Shown here piece by piece: positions 6,500 to 15,634 of a stretch of DNA of 32,000 nt (its first letter is position 1; each line of letters begins with the position of its first letter). A program made the translations under genes and the position numbers. The stretch lies in contig JBKSMP010000026.1 in NCBI GenBank assembly GCA_046881885.1, positions 1 through 32,000 on the forward strand, in the 5' to 3' direction. The notes under the pieces are model-generated. The model ran no database searches. It had not been told where the DNA came from and saw nothing but the letters and a program-made list of their open reading frames with translations. The DNA comes from Opitutales bacterium. GTDB taxonomy: Bacteria > Verrucomicrobiota > Verrucomicrobiia > Opitutales > UBA9783.

Positions 6500-7936
6500 T
6501 TGACCTATAGTAAACTGCAAAAATTATTAAAACGCAGGTTTTTGCAAGTAACAAATTTTGAGTGTGTGAATAAATTTTTTATACAAGATCTTAATTTTGA
6601 GAAAGACATCGGGGCCAACAGTATTTTGTTGGAAGTTGGGCCCTTTAAATTCGTTATTGATGCGGGAATGGATCCAAAGCAATTAGGAAATAAAGCATTG
6701 CCTAATTTTGATATTTTGGAACCCAATTCTATCGATTTTATCGCTTTAACACATTGCCATTTAGATCACTTGGGTGGTTTACCAATTTTGGCAAAAAAGC
6801 AGCCACAAGCGCAAGTTCTTGTGAGTTATCCAACGAGTTTGTTGGCGCCTTTGATGCTCGAGAATTCATATTCGGTAATGTGTCGTCAGAAGGATGAGAA
6901 ATCGATTCCGGAATACCCGTTGTTTACCAAAGAAGACGTTTCGGCTCTTCAAAAACGATTTTTTGCGCTTAAGTTCGGTAAACCGTACTGCATCGAAAAG
7001 GATGGTCATCAAGCGCGATTGACGTTTTTTGCGGCAGGTCACGTCTTAGGAGCATCAAGCCTCCTTATAGAATATGAAGGTCGGCAAATCTTTATTACGG
7101 GTGATATTCTTTTCTCTGATCAAAATTCGCTTAAAGGTGCACAAGCTCCGCAATTAGCGCCCTTAGATGTGTTAGTTTTAGAAACAACGCGTGGCTGTAC
7201 CGAACGAACTGCTTTGCGACGAGCCGAAGAAGAACGTTTAATTAAAACAATCTCAAAGACAATAAAACGTGGCGGTATTTGTTTAATTCCCGCATTTGCA
7301 TTGGGGCGTATCCAAGAACTATTGGTGCTACTTTATAATGCCAGAAAAGAGAATAAATACCCCGAATGTCCGATTTATTGTTCAGGCTTAGGAATGGCTT
7401 TGGTTGGCACATTTGACGCGATTGGAAAGACGACTTCTGCAGTTAATTTCAGTCGGCAAATTTTGAAAAAGTTAAACATCAAGCAATTGCGTCGCAAAAA
7501 AATTGATCCCAAAACAACGAAATTAAAAGGGCCTGCGATTTATTTGTTAAGTAGCGGCATGCTCGTAGAACATACACCTGCTTACAAGATTGCTTCGTGC
7601 CTTTTAAAAGATAATAAGAATTCGATTTGTTTTGTGGGATACTGCGATCCAAGCACACCTGGAGGTCAACTTTTACAAACGCAGCCTAATGAGGTTTTCA
7701 AATTTGAGGAGTTCGATTATTCGATACCTGTTCGTTCGAAAATTGAGAAGTTCGATTTGAGTGGACATGCTGATCGTGAAGATTTGTATCAATTTGTCCT
7801 TGCGCAAAAGCCAAAAAAGTTAGTCTTAACGCATGGTGATGAGGATGCTCGTCAGTGGTTTGTTCAAAAGTTTGAAGACCATTCGAAGTCTTTTGATGTC
7901 CTTAATCCCAATGTTGGGCAACGGTACGAAGTATAG
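6500..7936 (+). CDS. Metallo-beta-lactamase / beta-CASP family RNA-metabolising hydrolase (RNase J / CPSF-like)
   Basis: Motifs VIDAGMD, HCHLDHLGG (HxHxDH), AAGHVLG, ITGD, SGHADRED and LTHGD. TTG start with AAGGA 7 nt upstream. An in-frame GTG 22 codons downstream is an alternative start. Confidence 0.8.
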   Translation: MTYSKLQKLLKRRFLQVTNFECVNKFFIQDLNFEKDIGANSILLEVGPFKFVIDAGMDPKQLGNKALPNFDILEPNSIDFIALTHCHLDHLGGLPILAKKQPQAQVLVSYPTSLLAPLMLENSYSVMCRQKDEKSIPEYPLFTKEDVSALQKRFFALKFGKPYCIEKDGHQARLTFFAAGHVLGASSLLIEYEGRQIFITGDILFSDQNSLKGAQAPQLAPLDVLVLETTRGCTERTALRRAEEERLIKTISKTIKRGGICLIPAFALGRIQELLVLLYNARKENKYPECPIYCSGLGMALVGTFDAIGKTTSAVNFSRQILKKLNIKQLRRKKIDPKTTKLKGPAIYLLSSGMLVEHTPAYKIASCLLKDNKNSICFVGYCDPSTPGGQLLQTQPNEVFKFEEFDYSIPVRSKIEKFDLSGHADREDLYQFVLAQKPKKLVLTHGDEDARQWFVQKFEDHSKSFDVLNPNVGQRYEV

Positions 7937-7942
7937 GAATGT

Positions 7943-9328
7943 ATGTGTTCGGAAGGATCTGTTAGTGCAAAAGAAGCACGTTTAACGCGTTATCAGCCAG
8001 GGAGTTTGGGTGAATTATGGGCGATTTCATGGCCCTTGATGCTAGCTTCTTTTTCAGGAAGTTGCATGACTTTTATCGATCGTGCTATTTTGGCTCGCTA
8101 TCAAACAGAAGCGTTTGTTGCTTGTTCGGCAGCTCAACCTTGGTTTTGGACGATAGAAGGTTTTTTGCTATCCTTTGTTATTGTGACGGAAATCTTTGTT
8201 GGTCGTTTCAATGGCTCTCGTGAGTATAAAAAAATAGGACCAGCTGTTTGGCAAATGGTTATTTTTTCACTTGTAACCGAATTGCTCTTACTACCTATTA
8301 GTTTAAATGCACGTTATTTGCTTGCAGATACCGTTCAAGATTTGGCGCTTCCCTATTTACAAATGCTTTTGGTTACCTTGCCATTTGATATTGCTGCATT
8401 TGGAGCCATGGGGGCGTTTTTTGTGGGTCGAGGCGATACGAAAAAGATACCCATTGTTTTACTCATTTGTGGATGCTTAAATTTGGTTTTAGATATTTGG
8501 TTCGTTTTTGGTGGCTTAGGAATACCAAGCATGGGGATTATCGGCGCTGCACTGGCTACGAATATTGCTCATATTTTTGGTTTTTTTGTCTTCTTATTTC
8601 TTTTTCTTCAGAAAAAATATCGAGAAAAATACGCTATCGGCTCGTTCCGATGGTCTTGGAGTTTTTTTAAACAATGTGTAGACGTGGGAATGCCTAATGC
8701 TATTGGTTGTTTTTGTTTGATGACCGGATGGTCGCTTTGTTATCAATTGTTGGCCTTACATACATCATCACTTATGTTTACTGCTTATAGCATTGCATTT
8801 ACTATTTTTAATGTGATGTTTTTTGTCATGGATGGGATGAGTAAAGCGGTAGGTACGCTTTGTTCGAATTTTATCGGAGCAGAACAACCTGCATTAATGC
8901 GATCTGTTTTAAAGCAATCCTGTCGATTAACATTCTTTTTTGCTATTTTCTTTTTAGTTTTTTTGTTGTTTTCAAACCCTATGATTCGTTTCTTTTCTTC
9001 GGAAGACTTGTTTGAAAATCCTCTATTTAAACAACAAACATTTGTGTTTTTAGCATGGTATTGGGTTATATTCGTTCTCGATACCTTGCGTTTTTGTGCA
9101 CAATACTTTATGTTTGCTTTGACCAAAACCAAAGTCGTACTGATTTTTAATGTCGTATTTTGTTGGGGATTGATTATTGTACCGACGTATTATTTTGTTG
9201 TAAAACTCAAGTGGAATCCGATTATTTATCCACAATTATCCTGTTTGGAGTGTTTCCTTTTACTCGTTATTTTTAAACTTTGGTTTAATAAGGGTACTTG
9301 GTTGCAACAAAAGAAATTAAAAGCATAG
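7943..9328 (+). CDS. MATE family efflux transporter
   Basis: 461-aa protein with about 12 hydrophobic segments. The N-terminal LWAISWPLML...FIDRAILARY pattern is typical of MatE repeats. AGGA lies 5 nt upstream of the ATG. Confidence 0.75.
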   Translation: MCSEGSVSAKEARLTRYQPGSLGELWAISWPLMLASFSGSCMTFIDRAILARYQTEAFVACSAAQPWFWTIEGFLLSFVIVTEIFVGRFNGSREYKKIGPAVWQMVIFSLVTELLLLPISLNARYLLADTVQDLALPYLQMLLVTLPFDIAAFGAMGAFFVGRGDTKKIPIVLLICGCLNLVLDIWFVFGGLGIPSMGIIGAALATNIAHIFGFFVFLFLFLQKKYREKYAIGSFRWSWSFFKQCVDVGMPNAIGCFCLMTGWSLCYQLLALHTSSLMFTAYSIAFTIFNVMFFVMDGMSKAVGTLCSNFIGAEQPALMRSVLKQSCRLTFFFAIFFLVFLLFSNPMIRFFSSEDLFENPLFKQQTFVFLAWYWVIFVLDTLRFCAQYFMFALTKTKVVLIFNVVFCWGLIIVPTYYFVVKLKWNPIIYPQLSCLECFLLLVIFKLWFNKGTWLQQKKLKA

Positions 9329-9345
9329 TTAGGTCTGGATTTAGA

Positions 9346-9371
9346 AATAAAAGCTTCTTAGCTCTTTTATT
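9346..9371. terminator. Weak AT-rich hairpin between convergent genes (possible bidirectional terminator)
   Basis: AATAAAAGC (9346-9354) pairs with GCTCTTTTATT (9361-9371), leaving two bulged nucleotides. It sits between the MATE stop and the nfeD stop. Confidence 0.25.
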
Positions 9372-10714
9372 CATTGTTTGCGCACAATCCACGCAAAAGC
9401 GTTTTTACCGGTAATAATGATGGGGGTATTGGCGTTAAGCGGTTCGTTTTCTGCGTAGGCTTCACAAATTTGTCCATTGATAATGATTTTACCGCTTGGC
9501 ATGAGGGGCGTGAGCGTAGTACCTGTCCGTCCAATAAAGTTTTCAGTTAAAGTTGCTTGAGATGTTTTGTTAATCGTTTTTAAAAGAGTAAAGCAATTTA
9601 AACCACGACGAACCAACCCTAATTTCCATGCGATTACAATAAGGATACAAGTAATGATACAGCTATACAATACTGTACTGAAAGGTTGAAGGAATAAACC
9701 CCAAGAAAGGTCAATTCCTGGCCAAAGATCGATACCACTTAGCCCAAGTCCTAAAAAGAGGCAAACAATACCAATAAAAAGTACAATTAAAGTTCCAAAA
9801 AAGAAAAGATCTCCTAAAATACAACAAATCCCAACAAATAGAAGTCCCCAAGCTTCATAGCCGCCAAATCCTGCTAGAAAATTAAGAAAAAAACTGAGAC
9901 TTAAACATCCCAATCCTAATAATCCCATTAGTCCAAAGCCAGGGGTTTTAAATTCCAAGAAAAGTAGGAAAAATCCAATACCGGATAAGAGTGGTATGAG
10001 TGCTTGCATTTTTTTTGCAAATTCTTCAAAACCAGTAGGACTAAAATAAACAATTTCAGATTCTTTTGAGTCTAAAAATTGTACCAATTGGTCTTCTGTT
10101 TCAAAAGTACCTTCAGATAATAAAGGCTTTTCTTTGTGCTTTTGTTCTGCTTCTGCTGCGGTTAACGTTAATAATTCACCAGCTGGCTTGATGACCTTAC
10201 CGTCCCATTTAAGAACAAAATTAATATCCATCATGGCCCGTTGGATGGACGCACGCATAGGGTCCTTTTCGGTTAATGTTCGGATTTTTGCGTTTAGATA
10301 ACTATCAATTTTGGCTTGCATGTTTTTATCTAAATTTTTTCCTTCACCATCAATAACGGCAGCTGCTCCAATAATACCATTTGGCTTGAAAAAGATGCGA
10401 TCGCAAGTAATTGCAATAAAAGATCCTGCAGAAATGGCTTCTTGGATATACGCAATAGTTTCTAGGTTTACTTTTTGCAACATTGCCAAAATTTCTAAGG
10501 TACTATCTACTTGGCCACCAGGTGTGTTAATCGCCAAAATAACACGATCATATTGCTCCGCTTCTGCCTTTTTGAGACCTCTACGCAAGATGCATTCTTG
10601 AACGTAATCAATAGGCCCTTCTACAGGAATGATAAGGTTTTTTCCAAAACTAAAAGAATTAAGTCCAAGACTTAAAAATGCAGCGATTTTGAGAAATAGG
10701 ATGTTTTTTGACAT
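9371..10714 (-). CDS. NfeD-family membrane-bound ClpP-class serine protease
   Basis: Signal peptide MSKNILFLKIAAFLSLGL, a ClpP-like domain (INTPGGQVDS...ISAGSFIA), a central block of hydrophobic helices, and a C-terminal NfeD OB-like tail (GRTGTTLTPLMPSGKIIINGQICEAYAE). Confidence 0.8.
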   Translation of the reverse strand: MSKNILFLKIAAFLSLGLNSFSFGKNLIIPVEGPIDYVQECILRRGLKKAEAEQYDRVILAINTPGGQVDSTLEILAMLQKVNLETIAYIQEAISAGSFIAITCDRIFFKPNGIIGAAAVIDGEGKNLDKNMQAKIDSYLNAKIRTLTEKDPMRASIQRAMMDINFVLKWDGKVIKPAGELLTLTAAEAEQKHKEKPLLSEGTFETEDQLVQFLDSKESEIVYFSPTGFEEFAKKMQALIPLLSGIGFFLLFLEFKTPGFGLMGLLGLGCLSLSFFLNFLAGFGGYEAWGLLFVGICCILGDLFFFGTLIVLFIGIVCLFLGLGLSGIDLWPGIDLSWGLFLQPFSTVLYSCIITCILIVIAWKLGLVRRGLNCFTLLKTINKTSQATLTENFIGRTGTTLTPLMPSGKIIINGQICEAYAENEPLNANTPIIITGKNAFAWIVRKQ

Positions 10715-11489
10715 AAAGTTTTAAAAGTGCTCCAACTAATATTACAAAAATTGAATAAAATTGTCCACGCGAAAGATTACAGATGAGGGGAGCATCGGGC
10801 TCTCGAAATCGTTCTAAGAAACAGCGCATTATTCCATAAAAAATGAGAAAATTACAGCTTAGTTTTCCTGGTGAATGGATTACCGTTTTTTTCTTAAAAA
10901 TGGAATATGTTGCTAGTATAAAAATAAGAAGGCCTTCACCCAATGCTTCATAAAGTTGAGAAGGATGCCGTGCAAACAGTTCGCCATTATATAAAATTCC
11001 CCAAGCCATTTGTGTGGGCTTTCCAATAACTTCTGCATTAATAAAATTGGCGCAACGTCCAAAGAAGATTCCAAGGCTTCCCAACCAAACGGTTAGATCT
11101 GTCAGGGAAAACAGAGCGTATTTTTGCTTTCTACTGAGCCAATAAAGTGCAAGCGTGATGCCAATAAATCCACCATGACTGGACATACCTCCATGCCAAA
11201 TCGCAACGATTTCAAATAAATTTTCCCAATAATAGTCGAATTGATAAAATAGAACATACCCTAAACGGCCTCCTAGTAAAATCCCGCAAAACAAGGCAAA
11301 TAAATACGTTTGTTGTTGTTCGTAGGAGAGTTTGATGAGTCCTTTGTTCCCTAATTGTTTTAGAAAAAGATAGGCTAACCAAAAGGCTAAAAAATAAGCA
11401 AATCCATACCAACGAATTCCGTCAATCGGCCAAGGTGGTGGGAACTTTATTAAAAAAGGATCTAAGTTATGCACCCAATAAGCCAACAT
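10659..11489 (-). CDS. lgt: Prolipoprotein diacylglyceryl transferase
   Basis: GIRWYGFAYFLAF, HGGMSSHGGFIG, GRCANFINAEVIGKPT, and a 276-aa polytopic protein. The 3' end overlaps the nfeD start by 56 nt. Confidence 0.9.
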   Translation of the reverse strand: MLAYWVHNLDPFLIKFPPPWPIDGIRWYGFAYFLAFWLAYLFLKQLGNKGLIKLSYEQQQTYLFALFCGILLGGRLGYVLFYQFDYYWENLFEIVAIWHGGMSSHGGFIGITLALYWLSRKQKYALFSLTDLTVWLGSLGIFFGRCANFINAEVIGKPTQMAWGILYNGELFARHPSQLYEALGEGLLIFILATYSIFKKKTVIHSPGKLSCNFLIFYGIMRCFLERFREPDAPLICNLSRGQFYSIFVILVGALLKLYVKKHPISQNRCIFKSWT

Positions 11490-11494
11490 AAATG

Positions 11495-11869
11495 CTAATC
11501 ATTTAAGGATGGCTCTTTTGCTTTTTCAGTATAACCAGAATCTTGGCGTTGAAAATTAACAGCATTTTTGCGCATATACGTATCAAAAACTTCTTGTGCG
11601 CTCATGCCCAAGGTTTGTGCTAAACTGATTACAAAATGGATGATATCGATAAGCTCAACTTTTGCGTGTTCTAAGTCTTCTTTTTGATAATGAGCCCACC
11701 ATTTCCACGGAACACAATCGACTAATTCGGAAACTTCCTGCTGTAAAGCACGCGAATATTTTAAAACCCATTCTGTCAGATTTTTTTGCATGATCTGATC
11801 AGCGTCTTGTCCCAAAATGCGCACATTTAAAGCGTGCTGCATTTTAAACATTTCTTCTAACTTATCCAT
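11495..11869 (-). CDS. All-alpha NTP pyrophosphohydrolase (dimeric dUTPase / MazG-like)
   Basis: 124-aa ORF. The pattern Q..LN......W...Y..AL..E..EL.D...WKWW......D....K.ELID..HF resembles dimeric-type dUTPases. It starts 10 nt after the tRNA-Lys 3' end. Confidence 0.6.
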   Translation of the reverse strand: MDKLEEMFKMQHALNVRILGQDADQIMQKNLTEWVLKYSRALQQEVSELVDCVPWKWWAHYQKEDLEHAKVELIDIIHFVISLAQTLGMSAQEVFDTYMRKNAVNFQRQDSGYTEKAKEPSLND

Positions 11870-11879
11870 TTTGAAAAAC

Positions 11880-11954
11880 TGGTAGGCCGGCAGGGATTCG
11901 AACCCTGAACCAATGGCTTAAAAGGCCACTGCTCTACCGTTGAGCTACCGACCC
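11880..11954 (-). tRNA. tRNA-Lys (anticodon UUU), CCA encoded
   Basis: The reverse complement folds as a cloverleaf: acceptor GGGTCGG/CCGGCCT, D arm GCTC-AACGGTA-GAGC, anticodon arm GTGGC-CTTTTAA-GCCAT, T arm CAGGG-TTCGAAT-CCCTG, then A-CCA. Confidence 0.92.
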
Positions 11955-11972
11955 AATTCACTTTACTTATTC

Positions 11973-12001
11973 ATCAGAAAATTTTTATGTCCAAAAGTCA
12001 A
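11973..12001 (-). promoter_or_regulatory. Putative promoter for tRNA-Lys (TTGACT-17 nt-TCTGAT)
   Basis: On the minus strand, -35 TTGACT lies at 12001-11996 and a -10-like TCTGAT at 11978-11973, about 19 nt upstream of the tRNA 5' end. Confidence 0.3.
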
Positions 12002-12154
12002 TGCATTTTTTAGGATAAATTTCTATCTAGGAAACAATCGTTAGCGAAACAACTTAGAATATGAATTAAGTAAGTTAATTTTGCCCTTTCTATAGAAAAT
12101 CTTAAAAAAACGTTGATTTATGCGAAAAGCTATTTAATTTAATTTTTCAAAGCT

Positions 12155-13540
12155 ATGCCAGATCTAATACAAGACCATCCGATTGCGCAAACGCTCGAGC
12201 AATATACGTTTGAGGAGCTTAATGAGCACCTTGAAACGCGTTTTGAGCATTTGGATCCGGCAAAATTAGCGCGTACTTCACCCAAAGAAATTGGTTCTTT
12301 TCTTGAGCGTTTAACGGTTGAAGAGCGGCGTTTATTTCTAAGGCGATTGTCTGAAGAAAGTGCTTCGGACATCTTGGCGGAAATGAATGCAGAAGATTCG
12401 GCGGAGGTGCTAAGTGCCATGCGAGAATTTCGTGCGGCGCGTATTATTGAACTTTTGGATGCCGATGATGCTGCGGACCTTGTTAGCGAGTTAGACGAAG
12501 AAGATAAAGTCCGTCTTTTAGCAAGAATTAATCCAGAATTGGCTTTCACGCTTCGCAAATTGCTTCGGTATGATCCGAATACCGCTGGTGGCGTTATGAA
12601 TCCAGAAGTGGCTATTTTGCGTTCTAGTTGGACCTTGCAAGAAGCGCTTGAGCATGTGCGAAAAGATCGCAAAAAAGTGGAAAACTTATACGATCTTTAC
12701 GTTTTAGATGAAAAAAATCGCTTATTGGGCGTTACTTCCTTAAAAAATCTTATCTTTTCAGATCCGAAACAAACGGTTGGCGAGATTATGGATACGAATA
12801 TCCAGACGATTGCTTGTTTGCCGGAGGTTGATAAAGAAACGGTTGCCAATAAAATGGCGGAATACAATCTCTTTGATGTTCCGATCGTGGATGAAAAGAA
12901 TCGTTTGTTGGGTGTTGTAACACACGATGACGTTTTGGATATTGTACAGGAAGCTGCAACGGCGGATTTGCAACAGTTGCATGGTGCGGGTGCCGACGAA
13001 AGCATTCATGATACCATTTGGTACAGTTTGAAGAAACGAAATCCTTGGTTACTGATTAATCTCATTATGGCCTTTTTTTCCGCTTATGTCATTTCGAAAT
13101 TTAACCATGCGATTGAAAAAATTTGTTGGATGGCCGCATTTATGCCAGCAATTGCCAATTTAGGTGGAAATACGGGAGCACAAACCTTGGCGGTGGCGAT
13201 TCGTGGATTAGCCCTTGGAGAATTTCAGAAAGGGGATGGTGTTTTCGTTTGCGGTAAGGAGCTCTTAAAGGGGTTATTAAACGGTGTTATTGTAGGTTTT
13301 TTGGGAGGATGTACCGCATTTTTCATGATGCATGATTGGAAGATGGGTCTTGTTGTGTTTTTGTCGATGGCGCTTACAATGGTACTTTCAGGGTTTACAG
13401 CAGCACTTGTACCGCTTATTTTAAAGCGTTTTAAGTTTGATCCTGCACAAAGTTCTTATATCTTTTTAACAGCAATTACAGACATTGCTGGATTTTTTAT
13501 CTTTCTTAAGCTAGGAACTTGTTTTTTACTCAATGAATAA
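12155..13540 (+). CDS. mgtE: Magnesium transporter MgtE
   Basis: An acidic N-domain, tandem CBS domains (LYVLDEKNRLLGV..., VPIVDEKNRLLGVVTHDDVLD), and a C-terminal TM domain with PAIANLGGNTGAQ and ITDIAGFFIF. Confidence 0.93.
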   Translation: MPDLIQDHPIAQTLEQYTFEELNEHLETRFEHLDPAKLARTSPKEIGSFLERLTVEERRLFLRRLSEESASDILAEMNAEDSAEVLSAMREFRAARIIELLDADDAADLVSELDEEDKVRLLARINPELAFTLRKLLRYDPNTAGGVMNPEVAILRSSWTLQEALEHVRKDRKKVENLYDLYVLDEKNRLLGVTSLKNLIFSDPKQTVGEIMDTNIQTIACLPEVDKETVANKMAEYNLFDVPIVDEKNRLLGVVTHDDVLDIVQEAATADLQQLHGAGADESIHDTIWYSLKKRNPWLLINLIMAFFSAYVISKFNHAIEKICWMAAFMPAIANLGGNTGAQTLAVAIRGLALGEFQKGDGVFVCGKELLKGLLNGVIVGFLGGCTAFFMMHDWKMGLVVFLSMALTMVLSGFTAALVPLILKRFKFDPAQSSYIFLTAITDIAGFFIFLKLGTCFLLNE

Positions 13541-14543
13541 GGAAAATTATCTATCCGTACAAGAGCTCAAGGCGTTGCAAGTTGGGCTTCCATTTAAAAC
13601 CTTTGTTCTCGTTAAAAAAATCAATCGCAAAATCAGTAAGAACAATACTACATTTTTGCAGATAGAAGCAGGTGACGCAAAGGACTCTTTTACATTTAAT
13701 TGTTTTGATGGAACAGCACCATTTCTCTTTTTTTCAAAACCCTTGTCACGTTGTCCGCAAGTCGTTGAAATAAAAGGCCAGTCGGAGCTTTTTATGGAAA
13801 AGTTTAGTCCGAAAGTCCAAAGTGTTTTGGAAGTTAGCGATGAGCTTTATGAAGGGTTGTTGGGTGAATTATCGGAACGGCCAGATGAATCTGTAGAGAG
13901 TTTAAAAGAAGAACTAGAGCAATTAATTGGACAGATTCAGTACGAAACACTTGCAGCGACTGTTCGACAAACCCTTCAGGACTTAGGAACAGGATTTTTT
14001 GAAAGTGTTGCGGCGGTTTCCATGCATCATGCTTATGTACATGGTTTGTTAGAACATTCTGTACATGTGGCACGCGTTGTGCAAAAATTGTTACCGCTTT
14101 ATGCTGAAGTAAATGCAGATTTGGCCTTAGCTGGCGCGCTTTTGCATGATGTTGGAAAGGTTCTAGAGTATCGTTACAGTGCGACTGAAGGGATTGATAG
14201 AACGTGTGTAGGACGTTTACAAGGCCATGTTGTATTAGGGTATCGCTTGGTTCGTAGTGCAGCACTTCGACAAAAATTGCATCCGGTATGGCTGGAACGC
14301 TTAGAACATATTGTTCTTTCGCATCAAGGTGAACCTGAATGGGGGGCTGCCGTTTATCCAGCTACTCCAGAAGCCGTTTTGGTAAGCTTGGCAGACAATT
14401 TAGATGCCCGTATGGCGATGGTCCATCAACAATTGAAAAAGGCACCTCATGAGCAAGTTTTTTCAGACTTTATTGCAGGTCTCCAAAGCCGCTTATTAAC
14501 ACAAAACATTCCAGATCCAACCGTGGATCAAATGGGATTTTAA
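13533..14543 (+). CDS. OB-fold plus HD-domain phosphohydrolase, YhaM-like 3'-5' exoribonuclease
   Basis: An N-terminal OB-like segment (FVLVKKINRKISKNNTTFLQIEAGD), HD-domain motifs HHAYVHGLLEHSVHV and LLHDVGK, then SHQGEPEWGA. An 8-nt overlap with mgtE. Confidence 0.7.
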   Translation: MNKENYLSVQELKALQVGLPFKTFVLVKKINRKISKNNTTFLQIEAGDAKDSFTFNCFDGTAPFLFFSKPLSRCPQVVEIKGQSELFMEKFSPKVQSVLEVSDELYEGLLGELSERPDESVESLKEELEQLIGQIQYETLAATVRQTLQDLGTGFFESVAAVSMHHAYVHGLLEHSVHVARVVQKLLPLYAEVNADLALAGALLHDVGKVLEYRYSATEGIDRTCVGRLQGHVVLGYRLVRSAALRQKLHPVWLERLEHIVLSHQGEPEWGAAVYPATPEAVLVSLADNLDARMAMVHQQLKKAPHEQVFSDFIAGLQSRLLTQNIPDPTVDQMGF

Positions 14544-14708
14544 TAGATTTGTTGCTACCTAAAACAGGGCAGAATCAAAACAGAAAAACAACCGCTAGAA
14601 ACTAAAATAAAAAGACAGAAGTAGGAAATGCAAAGAACAAGTATTTCCCTAGGTCCAATATTAAGTTTTTAAAGATAATTGGCAAGATAAACAGAGGGAG
14701 GTTTTCTT

Positions 14709-14734
14709 AGAAAAAGACTGCAAGGCACAGTCTT
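14709..14734 (-). terminator. Intrinsic-terminator-like hairpin on the minus strand
   Basis: On the minus strand, AAGACTG-TGCCTTG-CAGTCTT is followed by TTT, giving 5 consecutive T including the stem end. No annotated minus-strand gene lies upstream. Confidence 0.35.
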
Positions 14735-14926
14735 GTACGAATCAATGGCCGTTGGCCATTTGAAAGAAAATTTTGGGAAAAAGCCGAAAACGCTATCTGC
14801 ACATCTCTTTTTGCTTTTCGTAACCTTTTACCTTTCGGGTTATTCTTCACGATTGATCCTACAAACTCCTTATATTTAGCGCTTGATTTTTTATAAGATG
14901 ATTATTATTTTTAGGTAACGTAGGGT

Positions 14927-15634
14927 ATGTTTACATGTTCGAACGAAATTATTTTTAACTTAGCCTGGAAACATAAAGCGCAACGAATTTGTCGTTTTTT
15001 ATTACATGATTTAAGCAATCATTTAACAGGTAGTTTGGCTTTGAGTGAGTTGTATTGCGAGCATCCTAATGCAGATTCTTTAAAAGATGGTATTGTTTCG
15101 ATTCGTAATAATTGTTACAAAGAACGGGATTTGTTGATGCGTCTTTCGCAACTCAATCATGCAAGTTCTCACCAAATTACTTATATCGATTTAAAAGCCT
15201 TTTTAGCAGAATTATTGCCTATTGTACGTTCTTTTTTGCCCCCTCGTACAAATTTAACAATAAAAGCGGAGCAAGCTCATACGCGTGTCATTCAATTCAG
15301 TCCAGAACGTTTACAGCGCATTTTTTTGCAAATTTTATTTAATTCAGCAGAGGCTTTGCAGCAAGTTAGCGATCCAGAGGTTTGTATTGAATGTACACTG
15401 AAGGACGAACTTATGGTTTGTGAGATTTCAGATAATGGTTGCGGAATACCATTAGATGTCATTGACAAAATTTTAGAAGCACCGAAAGCACTGAAGTTAA
15501 GCGATGAAACTCATTTAGGGATGGGGTTGGCTATGGTGCAATTTTACATATCTGTCATGCAAGGAAAAGTTGAAATTGCTTCTCAAGAAAATGGGGGTAC
15601 AACAGTATTACTTTATTTTAGAACGTTATCATGA
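14927..15634 (+). CDS. Sensor-less cytoplasmic histidine kinase core (DHp + HATPase only)
   Basis: H-box FLLHDLSNHLTGSL at residue ~27, N-box QILFNSAEAL, G1 SDNGCGIP, and G2 GMGLAMV. An in-frame TAG sits 2 codons upstream of the ATG, so there is no room for a sensor or TM domain. Confidence 0.8.
   Translation: MFTCSNEIIFNLAWKHKAQRICRFLLHDLSNHLTGSLALSELYCEHPNADSLKDGIVSIRNNCYKERDLLMRLSQLNHASSHQITYIDLKAFLAELLPIVRSFLPPRTNLTIKAEQAHTRVIQFSPERLQRIFLQILFNSAEALQQVSDPEVCIECTLKDELMVCEISDNGCGIPLDVIDKILEAPKALKLSDETHLGMGLAMVQFYISVMQGKVEIASQENGGTTVLLYFRTLS

Noticed and set aside
9226-9234. Perfect DnaA box TTATCCACA
   Set aside because: It is a single copy inside a coding region, with no clustered boxes or adjacent AT-rich unwinding element, so it is not an origin.
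8785-9235. 115-aa and 61-aa minus-strand ORFs inside the MATE gene
   Set aside because: They are Lys/Asn-rich shadow ORFs of an AT-rich membrane-protein gene, with no start context.
11955-12154. Possible M-box (Mg2+) riboswitch upstream of mgtE
   Set aside because: The 200-bp leader is AT-rich. It has no extended helices and none of the conserved M-box segments that I can recognise.
12139-12672. 177-aa minus-strand ORF (Ser/Arg-rich) and a 102-aa ORF at 12697..13005
   Set aside because: They lie entirely antisense to the well-supported mgtE, have low-complexity composition and carry no motifs. These are typical shadow ORFs.
13834-14265. 143-aa minus-strand ORF
   Set aside because: It is antisense to the HD-domain gene, whose motifs are clear, and is therefore a shadow ORF.
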